Shown: positions 27,601 to 40,767, counted from the first letter of the stretch. The stretch is 64,000 nucleotides of DNA from Utricularia gibba (GCA_002189035.1 NEEC01000007.1:3038001-3102000); one strand, 5' to 3'. Translations and numbers: made by a program. Notes: a model not told the origin generated them from the sequence alone.

Positions 27601-28755
27601 TCAAAAAATGTCCTAAAAATCCACAAAATATATTTTATATTTGAAAAGATCAAAGTAGTATAAAAATTACAAAATCAATTGAAAATAATGAGAAAGTGAA
27701 ATGTAAGATAAATAAAAAAAATTAAAAATTAATAAAAGAACATGTTTTGAAATGATACAAAATCAATTATCAAATATATATTTTATTTAAAAATTTATAT
27801 TTATTTTTAATATATTTAAGTATCTATGATTTTATGTCAAATATGATTCATGTCTACACGTCTAAAATTGATGCAATGAAATTTAAATAAGTTTCAGAAT
27901 TACTTTTTACACCATTTAGAAGTAAAAAAAATACTTTACATGCAAAATAGTTTCTAACATTTTCAAATAACTTTCCATTTCTTTTCTTTTTTTAAAAAAA
28001 AATTAATGAGATCAATATAAATTATTTTTAAATATATTTAAAGTGAAATTCAGACTTTCAATACATGTGAATTAAAATAAAAGTTTAAGAAGTAATACAT
28101 CGATAATTTTCACTATTTATCAAATTGATATGATTAATCTTTAAAATATTATTTATCATTTATATTATTTAAAAAATCAGACAAAATTAATCCCACAAGA
28201 TTAGTAACTATTTTTTTAATAAATAGTTAGGTAAAAATGGCACTTTTATTTTTCAAAATGATAAAATTATGATTTGATTATAAGTTTTAATTTTGTTATT
28301 GTGAAAAATAATGATAATGTGGGATGCCAATTTAGTTTGAAGAGTAAATATACTCAATTTTTAGATAATGGAGAGTAATTATCTTCCTTATTTAAATAAT
28401 AAAAATTAGTTATGTTGAAATTAGAAAATATTGAACATTAATTTATTAAATATAATAAAATTTTGAGAAGTGAACATGTACAACAGTGGAATCAATTATG
28501 TCAATATTCATTGAATATATCATTTTAGTGAAATAGTATGTATAATTTTGGTAAATAGTAAATTTTATTTTTTACCTCGAAGTCATGTAAATTAAATAAA
28601 GTAATTAAATATATAAATGAAGTGGGCCCGTGGTTGTAGGAATTTTATATAGACGAACAGTGCGCAGACAAGTCCATTTCAACGTTACATTTCCATCTCT
28701 CTCTCCAAATGGCTTCTGTCCCGCTTCTCTGCTGAGCCCCCTCTCTTCAATTCGC

Positions 28756-31700
28756 ATGGCGCCCCTCACCTTCACTCTCCTCCTCCTACTCTTCTTTCTC
28801 TCATTCGCCGCCGGCGCCGACTACGAGGTCGCCGCATTGCTGCATTTCAAGAACAAGCTTCGCGACCCACTTGGGGTCCTCGACCAATGGAACGCTTCAT
28901 CGCCCGGCGCGCCTTGCGATTGGCGCGGCGTGCTGTGCGAGGAATCCAGAGTGAGGGAGCTGTGCCTCCCGCGGCTGCAGCTAAGCGGAGAAATCAGCGA
29001 GGAAATTGGTGGTCTGAGATTCCTGAGGAGGCTTAGCTTGCACTCCAATAACTTTAATGGGTCTATTCCACGCTCGATTTCCGAGTGCTCGCAGTTGGTG
29101 GCGGTGTACTTACAGTATAATTCCCTCGGCGGTGAGATCCCCCCTCGTTTTTTTCTAATCTAACCAACCTCCAGGTTCTGAATCTTGCGCACAACTACAT
29201 TTCCGGCGGGATTTCCGGCACTATTTCCGCTAGCTTGCGGATACTCGATGTTTCTTCTAATTCTTTATCCGGTGAGATTCCGGGAAATTTCTCGACCACT
29301 CACCAGCTCCGCCTCATCAACTTTTCGTTCAACCGTTTCATCGGCCAGATCCCGGCGACCATGGGAGCATTGCAGCATTTACAGTACCTATTGCTTGATA
29401 GTAATAGCCTCGTCGGCACTATTCCCTCGGCGCTCTCCAACTGCTCGTCACTCGTGCGCGTGAGCGCCGGGGATAATATGCTAACCGGAGTTGTTCCGGC
29501 GACTTTGGGGTCGCTAAGAAACCTTCAAGCCATTTCGTTGCCTGGGAATCACCTAAATGGCGTGGTCTCAGTGTCCTTGCTGTGTACCATTTCGGCAGTA
29601 AATGCTACTCTCAGAATTCTAAATCTCAGCTTTAATGCATTCACGGGCCTTGAAAATAATGACGGCAGAAAATGTGTCAGCGCACTTGAAGTCTTGGACC
29701 TTCACATGAATCAGATAAGTGGTGCATTCCCTGTTACCGTGGTAAATTTCTCGACTTTGAGAGTTTTTGATATTTCTGGGAACTTGATATCTGGAACTCT
29801 ACCTGAAAATATGGGGGCTTTAGTAAATCTGGAAGAATTTAGAGTTGGAAACAACTCATTGTCTGGTGAAATTCCAAGAGGGTTGACGCAATGTGGATCT
29901 CTGAGAGTGTTTGACATCGGTAAAAATCAGTTGTCCGGGTTTTTACCTGAGTTTTTAGGTGAAGTGAAAAGCCTGAAAAGGCTGGTTCTTGGTAAAAATT
30001 TGTTTACTGGTTCAGTTCCCTCAAGCTTGGGAGCACTTTCATCTCTGGAAGTTTTGGATGTAGGCAATAATAACTTAACAGGGGTAATTCCCCTGGAGTT
30101 GCTGAACCTAAGTAACTTGACATCTCTAGATGTGAGCAACAATAAATTTTCAGTTCAAATACTGGAAAGAGTTGGGGAATTGAGGGCGTTACAGGCTCTG
30201 AATATGAGTAGCTGTGGATTTACAGGGATGATTCCCTCTGGAATCGGTGCTCTTCTGAACCTCAGAACTCTTGATTTGAGCAAGCAAAATATGTCAGGGG
30301 AGCTGCCGGTTGAGCTTTTTGGGCTACCAAATTTGCAAGTTTTGGCTTTGGATTCAAATTCTTTCTCCGGGGTTGTGCCTGAAGGTTTTAGCAGCTTGTC
30401 TAGTTTACAGTATCTGAATCTTTCTTCCAATGGTTTTACCGGTCAAATTCCTGCTGCATATGGTTTTCTCAGATCATTGTCTGTTCTTTCGCTGTCTGAA
30501 AATCACCTCACTGGTTCAATTCCATCGGATTTGAGCAGTTGCTCTGGTCTGAGAGTTTTGGAACTCAGAGCAAATAAATTGTCAGGTCCCATACCCGCTG
30601 ATTTTTCCAAGTTATCAAGTTTGGAGAGGCTTGATCTTGGACAGAACGCACTTACTGGTGTCATCCCTGACAGCATTTCCAATTGCTCATCTTTGATTGC
30701 TCTATCTTTGGATTCGAATAATCTGACTGGTGTCATTCCGGCGAGTCTTGGTGTGCTCCCTGCTCTGGAGACCTTCGATGTCTCTAACAATAATCTTGAT
30801 GGTGAAATTCCAGAGCCCTTGGTTTCTCGGTTCGATAATCCTTCCATCTATGCATCGAACAAGAACTTATGTGGGAGGCCATTGCAGAAGAGCTGTGGGA
30901 GGCAAGTTCGATGGATTCTGTTTGTAGTTGTGGCGGCTTCCGGTAGCGTAATGCTCCTACTCTGCTGCTTTGGTTACATATACGGCTTGATCATGTGGCG
31001 CCGGAAGCTGATTGCGGCAGCAGCAGGAGAAAAGAAGCCAACTCCCAGCCCGGGATCACAGGGATCTCGGGGGAGTGGAGAGAATGGAGCACCCAAGCTG
31101 ATAATGTTCAACAGCAAGCTCACTTACGCAGAGACTGTGGAGGCGACACGGCAGTTTGATGAGGAGAACGTGCTGAGCAGAGGGAAGTACGGCCTTCTCT
31201 TCAAAGCCACCTACGCCGACGGAATGGTGCTTGCCGTTCGCCGGCTTCCCGACGTGTCAATTCCGGAGCACACCTTCCGGAAAGAAGCAGAATCTCTCGG
31301 CAGGGTGAAGCACAGAAACCTGACTGTCCTTCGTGGATACTACGCCGGCCCTCCTCCAGATATGCGCCTCATGATCTACGATTATATGCCTAACGGAAAC
31401 CTGGCTACGCTGCTTCAGGAGGCGTCGTACCAGGAAGGGGGGCACGTCTTGAACTGGCCGATGCGCCACCTGATCGCACTGGGCATAGCTCGTGGACTCG
31501 CGTCCCTGCATTCAGTCCCCATCGTCCATGGCGATGTGAAGCCGCAAAACGTTCTCTTTGACGCTGATTTCGAGCCCCACCTCTCGGAATTCGGGCTCGA
31601 TAAAGTGACGCTTCCGGCGACAACCGAGACTTCCACATCCACACTGCCAATCGGAACACTAGGCTACGTCGCACCGGACGCCACACTCACAGGACAGCCA

Positions 31701-32048
31701 ACGAAAGAAGGCGATGTGTACAGCTTCGGCATCGTGGTGCTTGAGATACTAACAGGGAAGAAGCCGGTGATGTTCAGTGAAGAGGAGGACATTGTGAAGT
31801 GGGTGAAGCGGCAACTGCAACGAGGGCAAGTGGCGGAGCTGCTGGAGCCGGGCCTGCTGGAGCTGGACCCGGAGTCGTCGGAGTGGGAGGAGTTCTTGCT
31901 GGGGGTGAAAGTGGGGCTGCTGTGCACCATGCCGGACCCCATGGAGAGGCCGTCGATGACGGACGTCGTTTTCATGCTGGAAGGCTGCAGATTGGGTCCG
32001 GAGGTGGCATCGTCGGCCGATCCAACGGCGCTCCCTTCTCCTTGCTGA
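28756..32048 (+). CDS. LRR receptor-like kinase of the MUSTACHES / MUS-LIKE type, intronless, with an apparent 1-nt frameshift at ~29139-29154
   Basis: Signal peptide, LRRNT (APCDWRGVLC), about 20 LxxLxLxxNxLxGxIP repeats, a TM helix, and a kinase with GYYAGPPPDMRL, HVLNWPMRHLIALGIARGL, HGDVKPQNVLFDADFEPHLSEFGL. Frame 28756-29150 joins frame SNLTNLQVLNLAH-29235.. if one base is added. Confidence 0.9.
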
Positions 32049-32998
32049 TCACAATTCCCTCTTCGGTCCATGTCCATTAGGTGGGCAGTTCAACGCTTTA
32101 CTTGATCACAAAAACAAACACTCCATGTAATATTTTCATATATTTATTAATATTTTTACTTTCTGTTGCAATTTCATTTTTATAAATAGTCAGTTACTAC
32201 AAAAGAAATTGCACACGAAAGGCAAAGTAGCCGTTGAGTGTGTTTAAATGCGTGGTCCACGTGGCGTGTCCACTCATCCTTCGATTTTAATTATTCGTTT
32301 TTTCTAAAAAATGAATATTTTAAAATAAAATTGAGGTCACTATTTATTAATTTTTTATTTTATTAGTATTCGAATTTCATTGAATACAGTTTTTTAAACA
32401 CCGGTTAGAACAAATAAATGTTGCGATATTACAAGGGAGGGAGGGGGTGCGGGGCCCACCATTTTACTGAGTACACATAGTAACAATTACATACGCTTAT
32501 TAAAATAACATTCCCTTGTGTTGTCGGCTGGGGCACATGAGTTTGTCCGCAGTCGTCTGTCTCCTTAGGATAATAAATGCCCTGGAGGGGTGAGTGAGGT
32601 CACTATTCCCCTTGTACAAATGTTGGGATTTCATACGAAAAAAATTGATTTGGTTCCGACAATTTACTGCAGTCATTTTATTGCATACGGGATCAAAGCA
32701 AAGGAAAAGCGGGTAAACCCGACTGACCCGAACCGCCCCGGATCCATGGGGATTGTTGGGATCCATCGTGGCTTCGGTTCCCCTCTGAAACGGTGAGATT
32801 CCGGAGGAGGATGCTGTAGCTAGAAACTAGTTCTACCATGCAAGAACAAGCAATGGAGGTTGATGGTTATAAACAGTAGAATCACACATCTATGTTATAC
32901 AACACAGGCCGGACATCATGGAGGAGGAATAATGAATGCTCAACTCCATATTCCTGAAGATGCCTCGCGGACTCTTCGGACTCCTTGTCTTTCTCTAC

Positions 32999-35097
32999 TT
33001 ACACGGATTGTAGGCCTTCCGGTGGAGCATTGGCGTGCTCACTAGATGAGAATAGCTTGCGACAACCGTAAAATATGGCGGAATGGAATGCTGCAGGGTT
33101 TTCTATGAACACAAAGTGGCCAGCCTGAAGGATGTGAAGTTCAGGATGATGGATGATTTATAAAACCGGAGTGGAGAATGGGGTTTGAAGAGAAACCTGA
33201 GGCACCCGTATGATCTCACATGGGACATTCATTCGTTTGCGAGCTTCTTGTGCTCCCTGGTAGTTCATCCAATCGTGGGTACCGTATATGAAAGTCGTTG
33301 GCACCTTCCATTCCGAAGCACTGTATGCGAAGATGGCCATATAGGGGTTACAGTCCAGCTTCTTTATGAATGTAGAGTTACATTACTGATCAACTGACAG
33401 GTAAACCCACCAGTGCAATAAGGGCTTCCGGGCAAATGCACCAAAGGAGAATATATACTTCAAACACAACTCTCCGCTAGCCTTAGCTGCTAGAGTGTGA
33501 TACATGTAATCTACAGTAGGACCAAAGAGCCAGAGATCAGAAACTAAACTGCATCTGACTAGAGAGAGAGAGGAAGTTAGATGAAATCCACCTGTCAGTA
33601 GCCTAGACTCAGCTTCAGTCAAAGGATTGCCATCGGTATATGCACCAAATCGAGCACTTGTATATTTGAAAACCAGTTCTGGACCCCAAGGACCAATACT
33701 CCTGCAATAAAAAAGGAAAAAGAGTATCAAAACCCAAGCCTATGGTGATACTCTCCCGTTTGGTTTACTGGTCCCCTGCCAAGTGCCACATGTGCATAAT
33801 CAAGGTGTGGTGTGAGACAGATATGTAACCGTTTTGAACCCCAATCAGCATTCGCATATTAGATAAAATTAACAGAGCATGATCATTTACAGCGGAAGGA
33901 GGCCACTAGAAACGAGTAAATGAACACGAGCCAGTTTCAGGGGGCACCTTATAATCTTCTGAGGAGTAAAATTTGACTCCCAGAGATGATTTAGAAGTGC
34001 ACCTTTCCATGTTGCTCTGAATTGAGTAAGCCATTCGGATTTGTGCTCCGTTTCAGAAGTGAATCCAGCCGGCCCCACCAAAATCAAGTGCTGAACATGC
34101 TCAGGATGCTGCAATATTCAAATAATTATAACAGTGAGGTAAACTGTTCTCAGATTGAAGTTGAAAAAGAGTCTCCTCGAATCCTTTATTACAACAGGAA
34201 AAGAATATCAACCTTGAGCGCATACTTCGAAGCAACATATCCTCCAAACGAATGTCCAAGCAAAATGAAGTTAGTAAGATTTTTTGCTTTTCGCCAAGCC
34301 TCAAAAGAATCAATGAACCAATCCTCAGTCTCTGCACAATGAACTTTTTCATAACCACTTCGATACTCTAACATGGGCACTTTTTGAAACTATCAGCTAT
34401 ATAGGCTGAGCATTTCTCAAAAGACAAAGATTAAACACTGAAGGAAACATGAGAAACAATCAAGCCGGAAAACCAAGGAATGATCCATGGATAACATGTA
34501 GTGCTAAACTAGAAGCAGAACGTACCTTCAGTACTCTTACAGGTGAAGTCAGGTCTAGATGATGCACCCCAACTGCGTTCAAACAAAAATTGATAAGAGG
34601 ATTGCCTTGAAGAACATGGGAACGATAAATCCGAGATTGAACAGCAACGAGTTACCCAAGCTGGTCAATAGCAATCACTCTAAACCGATTGGCAAGCGCA
34701 TCAAAATTCCTGAAGAAGAAGCCTTGAGAAGCACCGTATCCATGCACCATCACCAACGTCGGAGATCCCTCTTTTGCATCAAACGTGACCGTATTGATAA
34801 ACCTAGGGTCGCTACTCACCGACCGAAACCACCGGATTCTGGAGCCCGGCGGCCCAGACCCAATATTCACCTGCTCCACTTCGTAGGGGGTCCTATCAAA
34901 CGAACATCAAATCAACCTAATCAAATCCAATCGAGGGTTTCCCGATTTCAAAGATGTTATTACTTGACAAGAGAAAGCAGACGCTTTTCAGCGGCGATGA
35001 TATGCTCGGTGGAAGTGGGTATCCATCGCAGAACAGATGGCCACAGCGAGCGTTTTTTGGCCTCAGCAGCGGCGGCGGCGGACGTGAACTCCACCAT
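32999..35097 (-). CDS. CGI-58: CGI-58/ABHD5-like alpha/beta hydrolase (lysophosphatidic acid acyltransferase/lipase), 9 exons
   Basis: LRWIPTSTEHIIAAEKRLLSLVKTPY, VMVHGYGASQGFFFRNFD, IAIDQLGWGASSRPDF, nucleophile elbow GHSFG, ASGELCLKYIFSFGAFARKPL, GHFVFIENP. Confidence 0.93.
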
Positions 35098-36070
35098 CCC
35101 GGGACAAAAACGCCGAAGCGATGCCCGACACCCCTCCGGAGACCAAAGCTCATACGACTGTAAAAAGTCCAATCTTCCTCCCACAGAACTTGCGGGAGAA
35201 GTCAGTCAAAGGTAGCAGCATCGTATTACTCTGGAGGATGGCTTTAGAGTGACTCTGCTCATGATCAGTAGTTATCTTTCACTGTGGTGAAAAGTGATAT
35301 TACTACTAATTTTAGGGGGTCTCCACAATTTATTAGAAAGTGGTGCCAAAGACGAACGGGACAAGGCATGAAATTGGAATTATTAAATGGTGATATTTTA
35401 AATTATTTAATGGATAAGAGTTGAACACACCGCCAATTTTCGAGCTAACTCCCTTGTCAAACTTCTTCCGGGCTGCCGACTGCCGCGCACTTCCTAATTA
35501 CCGCCATTTTCAGCGCCAAATTCGGGAGGAAGTCAATTACGCTTGCCGAAGTTGGATTAGAGTCACGGAGTCGGGAGCATTACTGTTGCGATCGCGGTTT
35601 TTTCTTTCAGGTTTGGCTGTTGTTTCGTCTGGGTTTGAGTTTCCTTGATTTCCTGGCTTGAATTTCTGCATTTTGTCTGTTTTTTTGTTATGGGGTTGCA
35701 TGTGGATCAACTGAATCAGAAGTTCTGCTGGACTTGCTTACAGTTTCTCGATATAATGATCCATTGTGGTTTTTTTTTTTTTCGGAGTTCTGATTGATTC
35801 TAAGGGCCCGTGGGTAGCCATGAATTCTTGATAAATTACTTGTATCAGTTCACTGTCTGGTGGCTTTTTCAGTTGTTAAGTGCATGGGGTAATAAGTGCT
35901 CTTTAGGGTTTTTGCTGGCTAGCATTTGGGAATTGGTAGCGAAGCTCGGTTAATTGATGGGATTGTGATTCTCCATTGCAGATATCGTATTTCTTCTGGT
36001 AAATTGGAAAAACTGCATCGAATTCTCGGATCCGTGCAAGAGTTGTTAAGCTGGGTGCAAATTAAGGCCA

Positions 36071-37777
36071 ATGCCTCAAACTGTGAAACATGGTTTTTCT
36101 CACTCGCGATCGTTGTCGCCATCCACCATGTATGGTAATAGCTGCTTGCCGCCATTAAGCCCTTTCCCTCCTAGCGAGTCTTCACGAGCTTCTTCGAGTT
36201 CTAATCTGAATGATGCTGCCATGGAGGAACTGGATGTCTCTTCAAATGGGCCACACGTAGCTCCTTCATTTGCTTGGGAAAATGCTTTTAGTGGTGGAAA
36301 CAATCTTCCTCCTCGCAGAGGGCATCGTCGTTCTAATAGTGATCTTCCATCTGGATTCTCTGCTACACTCCAGCCTGCACATCAGATGGTTCCTTGCAGC
36401 CAGGGGAGGTTGGATGATCCGAGAGAAGTTTTTGGAAATGGTAATTTCAGCGGACTGAAGAGAGACAATGTGGATACTTCCGGGTTTCATAAATGCAATG
36501 GAGCTGAATTTGGTGACATAAGTTCAGATGGAGAAGTTGTCGATAATTTATTTCATTCATTGTTGAATATTGATAAAGACAATACCAAGGTCTCTGCAAC
36601 GTTCGCGAGTGGTGAAACGTACAGTTCTGACCCCGCGAGCTTGAGGCCTGCAGAAAGAGCTAAAAGAAATGCTGCTGGGGATATTGCTCCTCCATCTAGA
36701 CATTCGAGGAGTCTTTCGATGGATAGTGCAATGGTAAAATATGAGTTTAATGATGAATATCTAAAGAAGTCTGCTGTTTCAAATCATCTTTCACCAAGCA
36801 GCCCAGTCAATGGTGATTTATCTACGCTCAACTTGGATTTTGGGAATGGTGGATTTAATGATCTTGATATGAAAAAGATTATGAAAGATGAAAAGCTAGC
36901 AGAGATCGCATTATCAGACCCAAAGCGTGCTAAGAGGTATGGCGTGTATTCTAACTCACTATCACTATTCCAGATTGACTCCATTCTGGTTTGTCTATCA
37001 GGATATTGGCTAATCGGCAGTCAGCTGCTCGATCAAAGGAGCGAAAGCTTCGATATATCTCTGAATTGGAGCATAAGGTGCAAACCTTGCAGACTGAGGC
37101 CACAACACTTTCTGCCCAAGTTACTATCCTACAGGTATGGAGTAATTACCTCCCACATAAGCGACCATGGAATCTGCAAAAAAAACATACGTCAGTTAAG
37201 AATTGATTCTTTGTTTTTTCTATTTTACATGGTCAAGTAAATCGATTTTTCATTGCAGAAAGAATTTTCTGATTTGACTGCTCAAAATAATGAACTGAAA
37301 TTCCGAGTTCAAGCCGTGGAGCAACAAGCGAAGCTTAAAGATGGTATCGATCTTTTCTCACACCAAGCTTGCAGGATTTAACTTTCAGTTTGTGGATTAA
37401 GTTTCCGCACCTGGGCAATCCGTGTTTATATGCTAACGTTATACAAATTCCACGATGGAGGCTTGTGTGAATTCCCATGAAATGTCAAAGACATTGTTAT
37501 ACGCTTTTACAGGACTTTCTTTCCATCCTTCCGCTGAAGTATATTCTTACATGACCTTGCTCATTAGTTTGTTGTGAACTTTATGTCCGTAGAACAACTT
37601 CATTGTTAGATAGCATGTTTGGGTATCTGCTATTTGTATGACCAGACTCTCTCTTTGCTAGCTTTGAACAGCGCAATGGCAGCAGAGATTCAGCGTCTGA
37701 AGCTCGGAAAATTGGAGCTGCAAGACAGCACGGCCTTACCCAAGGAGTCCGCCAAGCCAGCAGGCCCCATGACATGA
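36071..37777 (+). CDS. Group I bZIP transcription factor (bZIP29/30, RF2a/PosF21-like), 4 exons
   Basis: GHRRSNSD and [10 protein letters not shown] motifs, then [15 protein letters not shown] | [39 protein letters not shown] | [20 protein letters not shown] | [14 protein letters not shown]...*. Confidence 0.92.
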
Positions 37778-38181
37778 AAGCAGGAGCAGCGGAGAGCTTC
37801 AACAAGTCGAGATCAAGATCACTAGCCCATTTTCCTGGTTATGTATGATTCAGCTTCTTTCAGCCATCAGTCATTTGGACCTCTGTTTTACAGCGCCTTC
37901 AGTTGTTTGTTCCTTGTATCTAAGCCAAAGGTAGGAACTGTGAAGTGTTTCCATTTTGCGGGTGTGGTTTCGTTGGTCGTGGAGGTTTGTGGTAATGACA
38001 CGTGTTTTTTGTAACATCAATTATAATTATTTATGTAATTTCTACAACTAATAAAAAAATGTTTCAACACATAGTTGACACGGGTAAGGAAGAAGCTTTT
38101 TATCCTCAGACGTTGGACCCATGCAGATGGGATGAGAATGAGGACTGGAGCAAGAGGATGAAGGTTTCGGGTTTCCATCCA

Positions 38182-40767
38182 ATGGAGACGTTAACAGTAG
38201 TTCTTCCCTGCAATTGTCGATCGACGATACCCTTGACAACTTCTGAGAGCCCTTGGAAGACGGGAGCTTTTCGCAAAATTTCGTCAGAGAAGCTCAGGGG
38301 CGACATTGCTGAAGCTATATCCTCCCAATCTACATTAAGCTACACCAGGATAACGCGGTTGATTGATTCATGTGTCAATTCAAACTCCATCGAGTTGTGC
38401 CATGAAGTCCATGCTCTTGTTAAGAGGTTGGTGAAGAAGCCAGACCCATTTTTGGAGACTAAGCTGGTTGGTATGTTCGCAAAATGTGGGTCTCTGTGTG
38501 GTGCCCTCTCAGTGTTCGATGAAATGCGAGAAAGAGACTTACTCGCCTGGTCTTCTGTAATAGGGGCGTTTTCGAGGGAAAAGAGGTGGTGGGATGTGGT
38601 CGAGCTCTTCCATTGGATGATGGAGGATGGTGATGTAATTCCTGATGATTTCCTTTTTCCTAAGATTTTGCAGGCGTGTGGGAATCATGGAGGTATAGAG
38701 TGTGGTAGGTTAATACATGGTATGTTGATCAAACTAGGAAAGCTTAATCAACTTCGTGTGAACAACTCTATCCTCGCTGTTTATGCCAAATGTGGATGGC
38801 TGAACTCCGCCAAGGCTTTTTTTGATGAAATGGAAGTGAAAGATGTGGTTTCCTGGAACGCATTGATCAAGGGACATTGCCGAGCGGGTAAAGTTGATGA
38901 AGCTCATAGATTGTTGGATTTGATGCGAAAAGAAGGCATTGAACCGGACATTGTCACTTGGAATATGCTGATCTCAAATTGGAGTCAGCTGGGCAAGTAT
39001 GATTTTGCAATGAAATTGATGAAAGATATGGAGAAAAATGGTTTGAAACCTGATATTTATACATGGACCAGTTTGATTCTGGGTTTGGTTCATACCAATC
39101 GAGGATTGTTGGCAGAGGAATTATTCAGGGAGATGCTTCTCTCTGGTGTGAAACCGAATGATGTTGCTCTGATGAGTGTTATATCTGCTTGCTCCTCCAT
39201 TAAAGATCTCAAAAAAGGTAAGGAAGTTCATTCTGTTGGAATAAAGTTGGGGTATGGCGAAGAAGTCCTCGTTGGCAATTCGCTTATCGATATGTATTCC
39301 GCGCATGGTGAGCTTGAAGCTGCTTCTAAAGCCTTTGATAAGATTTTAGAGAAAGATGTCTACTCCTGGAACTCCATGATCGGAGGGTACTGCAAAGCTG
39401 GATATTGTGGGGTTGCTCATGACCTTTTTAAGCTAATGCAGGATTCGAATGTTTCTCCAAATGTGATCACATGGAACACGATGATCTCGGGTTACATTCA
39501 AAATGGGGATGAAGATCAAGCCTTGGATCTGTTCAACAGAATGGAAACGGATGGAGGTGTTAAGAGAGACACTGCTTCATGGAATTTACTGATCTCTGGA
39601 TATCTACGCCATGGACAGAAAGATAGCGCCTTTAGGATGTTCCGCCAGATGCAGTCTTCTGGCTTCAGACCGAATTCAGTCACAGTTTTGAGCATACTTC
39701 CTGCCTGTGCAAATCTTATTGCATTCACCAAAGTGAAGGAGATACACTGCTCTGTCATGAGGTACAATTTAGAGTCTGAGCTTCCAGTTGCTAACTGTTT
39801 GATCGACAGTTACGCAAAATCTGGTAACATAAGGTACGCGGAGGCAATCTTCAATGCAATCCCATCTGCAGATATCATCACTTGGAATACACTCCTAAAT
39901 GGCTATGTCTTACACGGACGTTACAGCCAAGCGATTCAACTGTTTGAAGTCATGAGAGAAATGGACATTAGACCAAATAGAAGTACCTTTGTCAGTATTC
40001 TTTCAGCTTATGGTTTAGCCAAAAGGGTTGATGAAGGAATCCGTACTTTCACCAACATGGCTGAAAAGTTTCAGATTGCACACTCTTTAGACCATTATGT
40101 TGCTATGGTGCACTTATTCGGCCGGTCCGGTAAGCTCGACGAGGCTTTCGATATTGCTGCAGGCATGAACATGGAACCCGATGCGGCTATCTGGTCTGCC
40201 CTGCTCACTGCATGTTACAGGCATGGAAACACTAGACTAGCAACTCATGCCAGTGAACGGTTGCTCGAACTGGAGCCTGAAAACATCCTGTTCCGTCAGT
40301 ATGTTTCACAATTGCATGGGATCAATTCTGAATCATCACATTTGAGAAGACATGGATCAAGAAGAGAATCCGTAGAATCCCATGCCAGTTGTTGGATTCT
40401 GCACCAACGTATGGTTCATATGTTCACCACCAGTGACCCTTCCCACCTTGAAGCTACCTCTGTTTCATGGATTCGAAACATGGAGTCAAAAGCTAAAGAA
40501 CTTAAACAGCATCGTCGACTGGTGCTCCAGGACGAGGAAGAAGAAGAATATGTTCACTGTGAAAAGGTGGCCTTGGCTTTTGCGATCTCCAGGTCCAGGC
40601 AACCATTCAAAGCAATAAGAATCATCAAGGACTTCCGAATGTGTGAAGGCTGCCATGGATTCACTAAGCTGGTTTCCAGAACATATTCATGTGAAGTCTT
40701 TGTAAATGATACCAAATGTTTGCACCATTTCAAGCAGGGGACCTGCTCATGTGGAGATTATTGGTAA
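38182..40767 (+). CDS. PLS-class pentatricopeptide repeat protein with DYW domain (At1g19720-like), intronless
   Basis: One long ORF of PPR repeats ending in HCEK...CEGC...CSCGDYW. The start is taken at METLTVV (38182), although the open frame extends further upstream. Confidence 0.92.
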   Translation: METLTVVLPCNCRSTIPLTTSESPWKTGAFRKISSEKLRGDIAEAISSQSTLSYTRITRLIDSCVNSNSIELCHEVHALVKRLVKKPDPFLETKLVGMFAKCGSLCGALSVFDEMRERDLLAWSSVIGAFSREKRWWDVVELFHWMMEDGDVIPDDFLFPKILQACGNHGGIECGRLIHGMLIKLGKLNQLRVNNSILAVYAKCGWLNSAKAFFDEMEVKDVVSWNALIKGHCRAGKVDEAHRLLDLMRKEGIEPDIVTWNMLISNWSQLGKYDFAMKLMKDMEKNGLKPDIYTWTSLILGLVHTNRGLLAEELFREMLLSGVKPNDVALMSVISACSSIKDLKKGKEVHSVGIKLGYGEEVLVGNSLIDMYSAHGELEAASKAFDKILEKDVYSWNSMIGGYCKAGYCGVAHDLFKLMQDSNVSPNVITWNTMISGYIQNGDEDQALDLFNRMETDGGVKRDTASWNLLISGYLRHGQKDSAFRMFRQMQSSGFRPNSVTVLSILPACANLIAFTKVKEIHCSVMRYNLESELPVANCLIDSYAKSGNIRYAEAIFNAIPSADIITWNTLLNGYVLHGRYSQAIQLFEVMREMDIRPNRSTFVSILSAYGLAKRVDEGIRTFTNMAEKFQIAHSLDHYVAMVHLFGRSGKLDEAFDIAAGMNMEPDAAIWSALLTACYRHGNTRLATHASERLLELEPENILFRQYVSQLHGINSESSHLRRHGSRRESVESHASCWILHQRMVHMFTTSDPSHLEATSVSWIRNMESKAKELKQHRRLVLQDEEEEEYVHCEKVALAFAISRSRQPFKAIRIIKDFRMCEGCHGFTKLVSRTYSCEVFVNDTKCLHHFKQGTCSCGDYW

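Noticed and set aside
28630-28755. Upstream extension of the RLK ORF
   Set aside because: It starts at a GTG and lies in promoter or UTR sequence. The signal peptide begins at the ATG at 28756.
31520-31600. Non-canonical kinase motifs HGD and SEFG in the RLK
   Set aside because: These are usual for the MUS/MUL subfamily as I recall it, not a new feature.
38002-38181. 921-aa N-terminal extension of the PPR ORF
   Set aside because: It starts at a non-ATG codon in AT-rich, UTR-like sequence. Similarity to the PPR family begins downstream of the ATG at 38182.
40550-40767. HCE instead of HSE in the DYW deaminase motif as a loss of function
   Set aside because: HxE and CxxC (CEGC) and the terminal DYW are all retained, so there is no evidence of inactivation.
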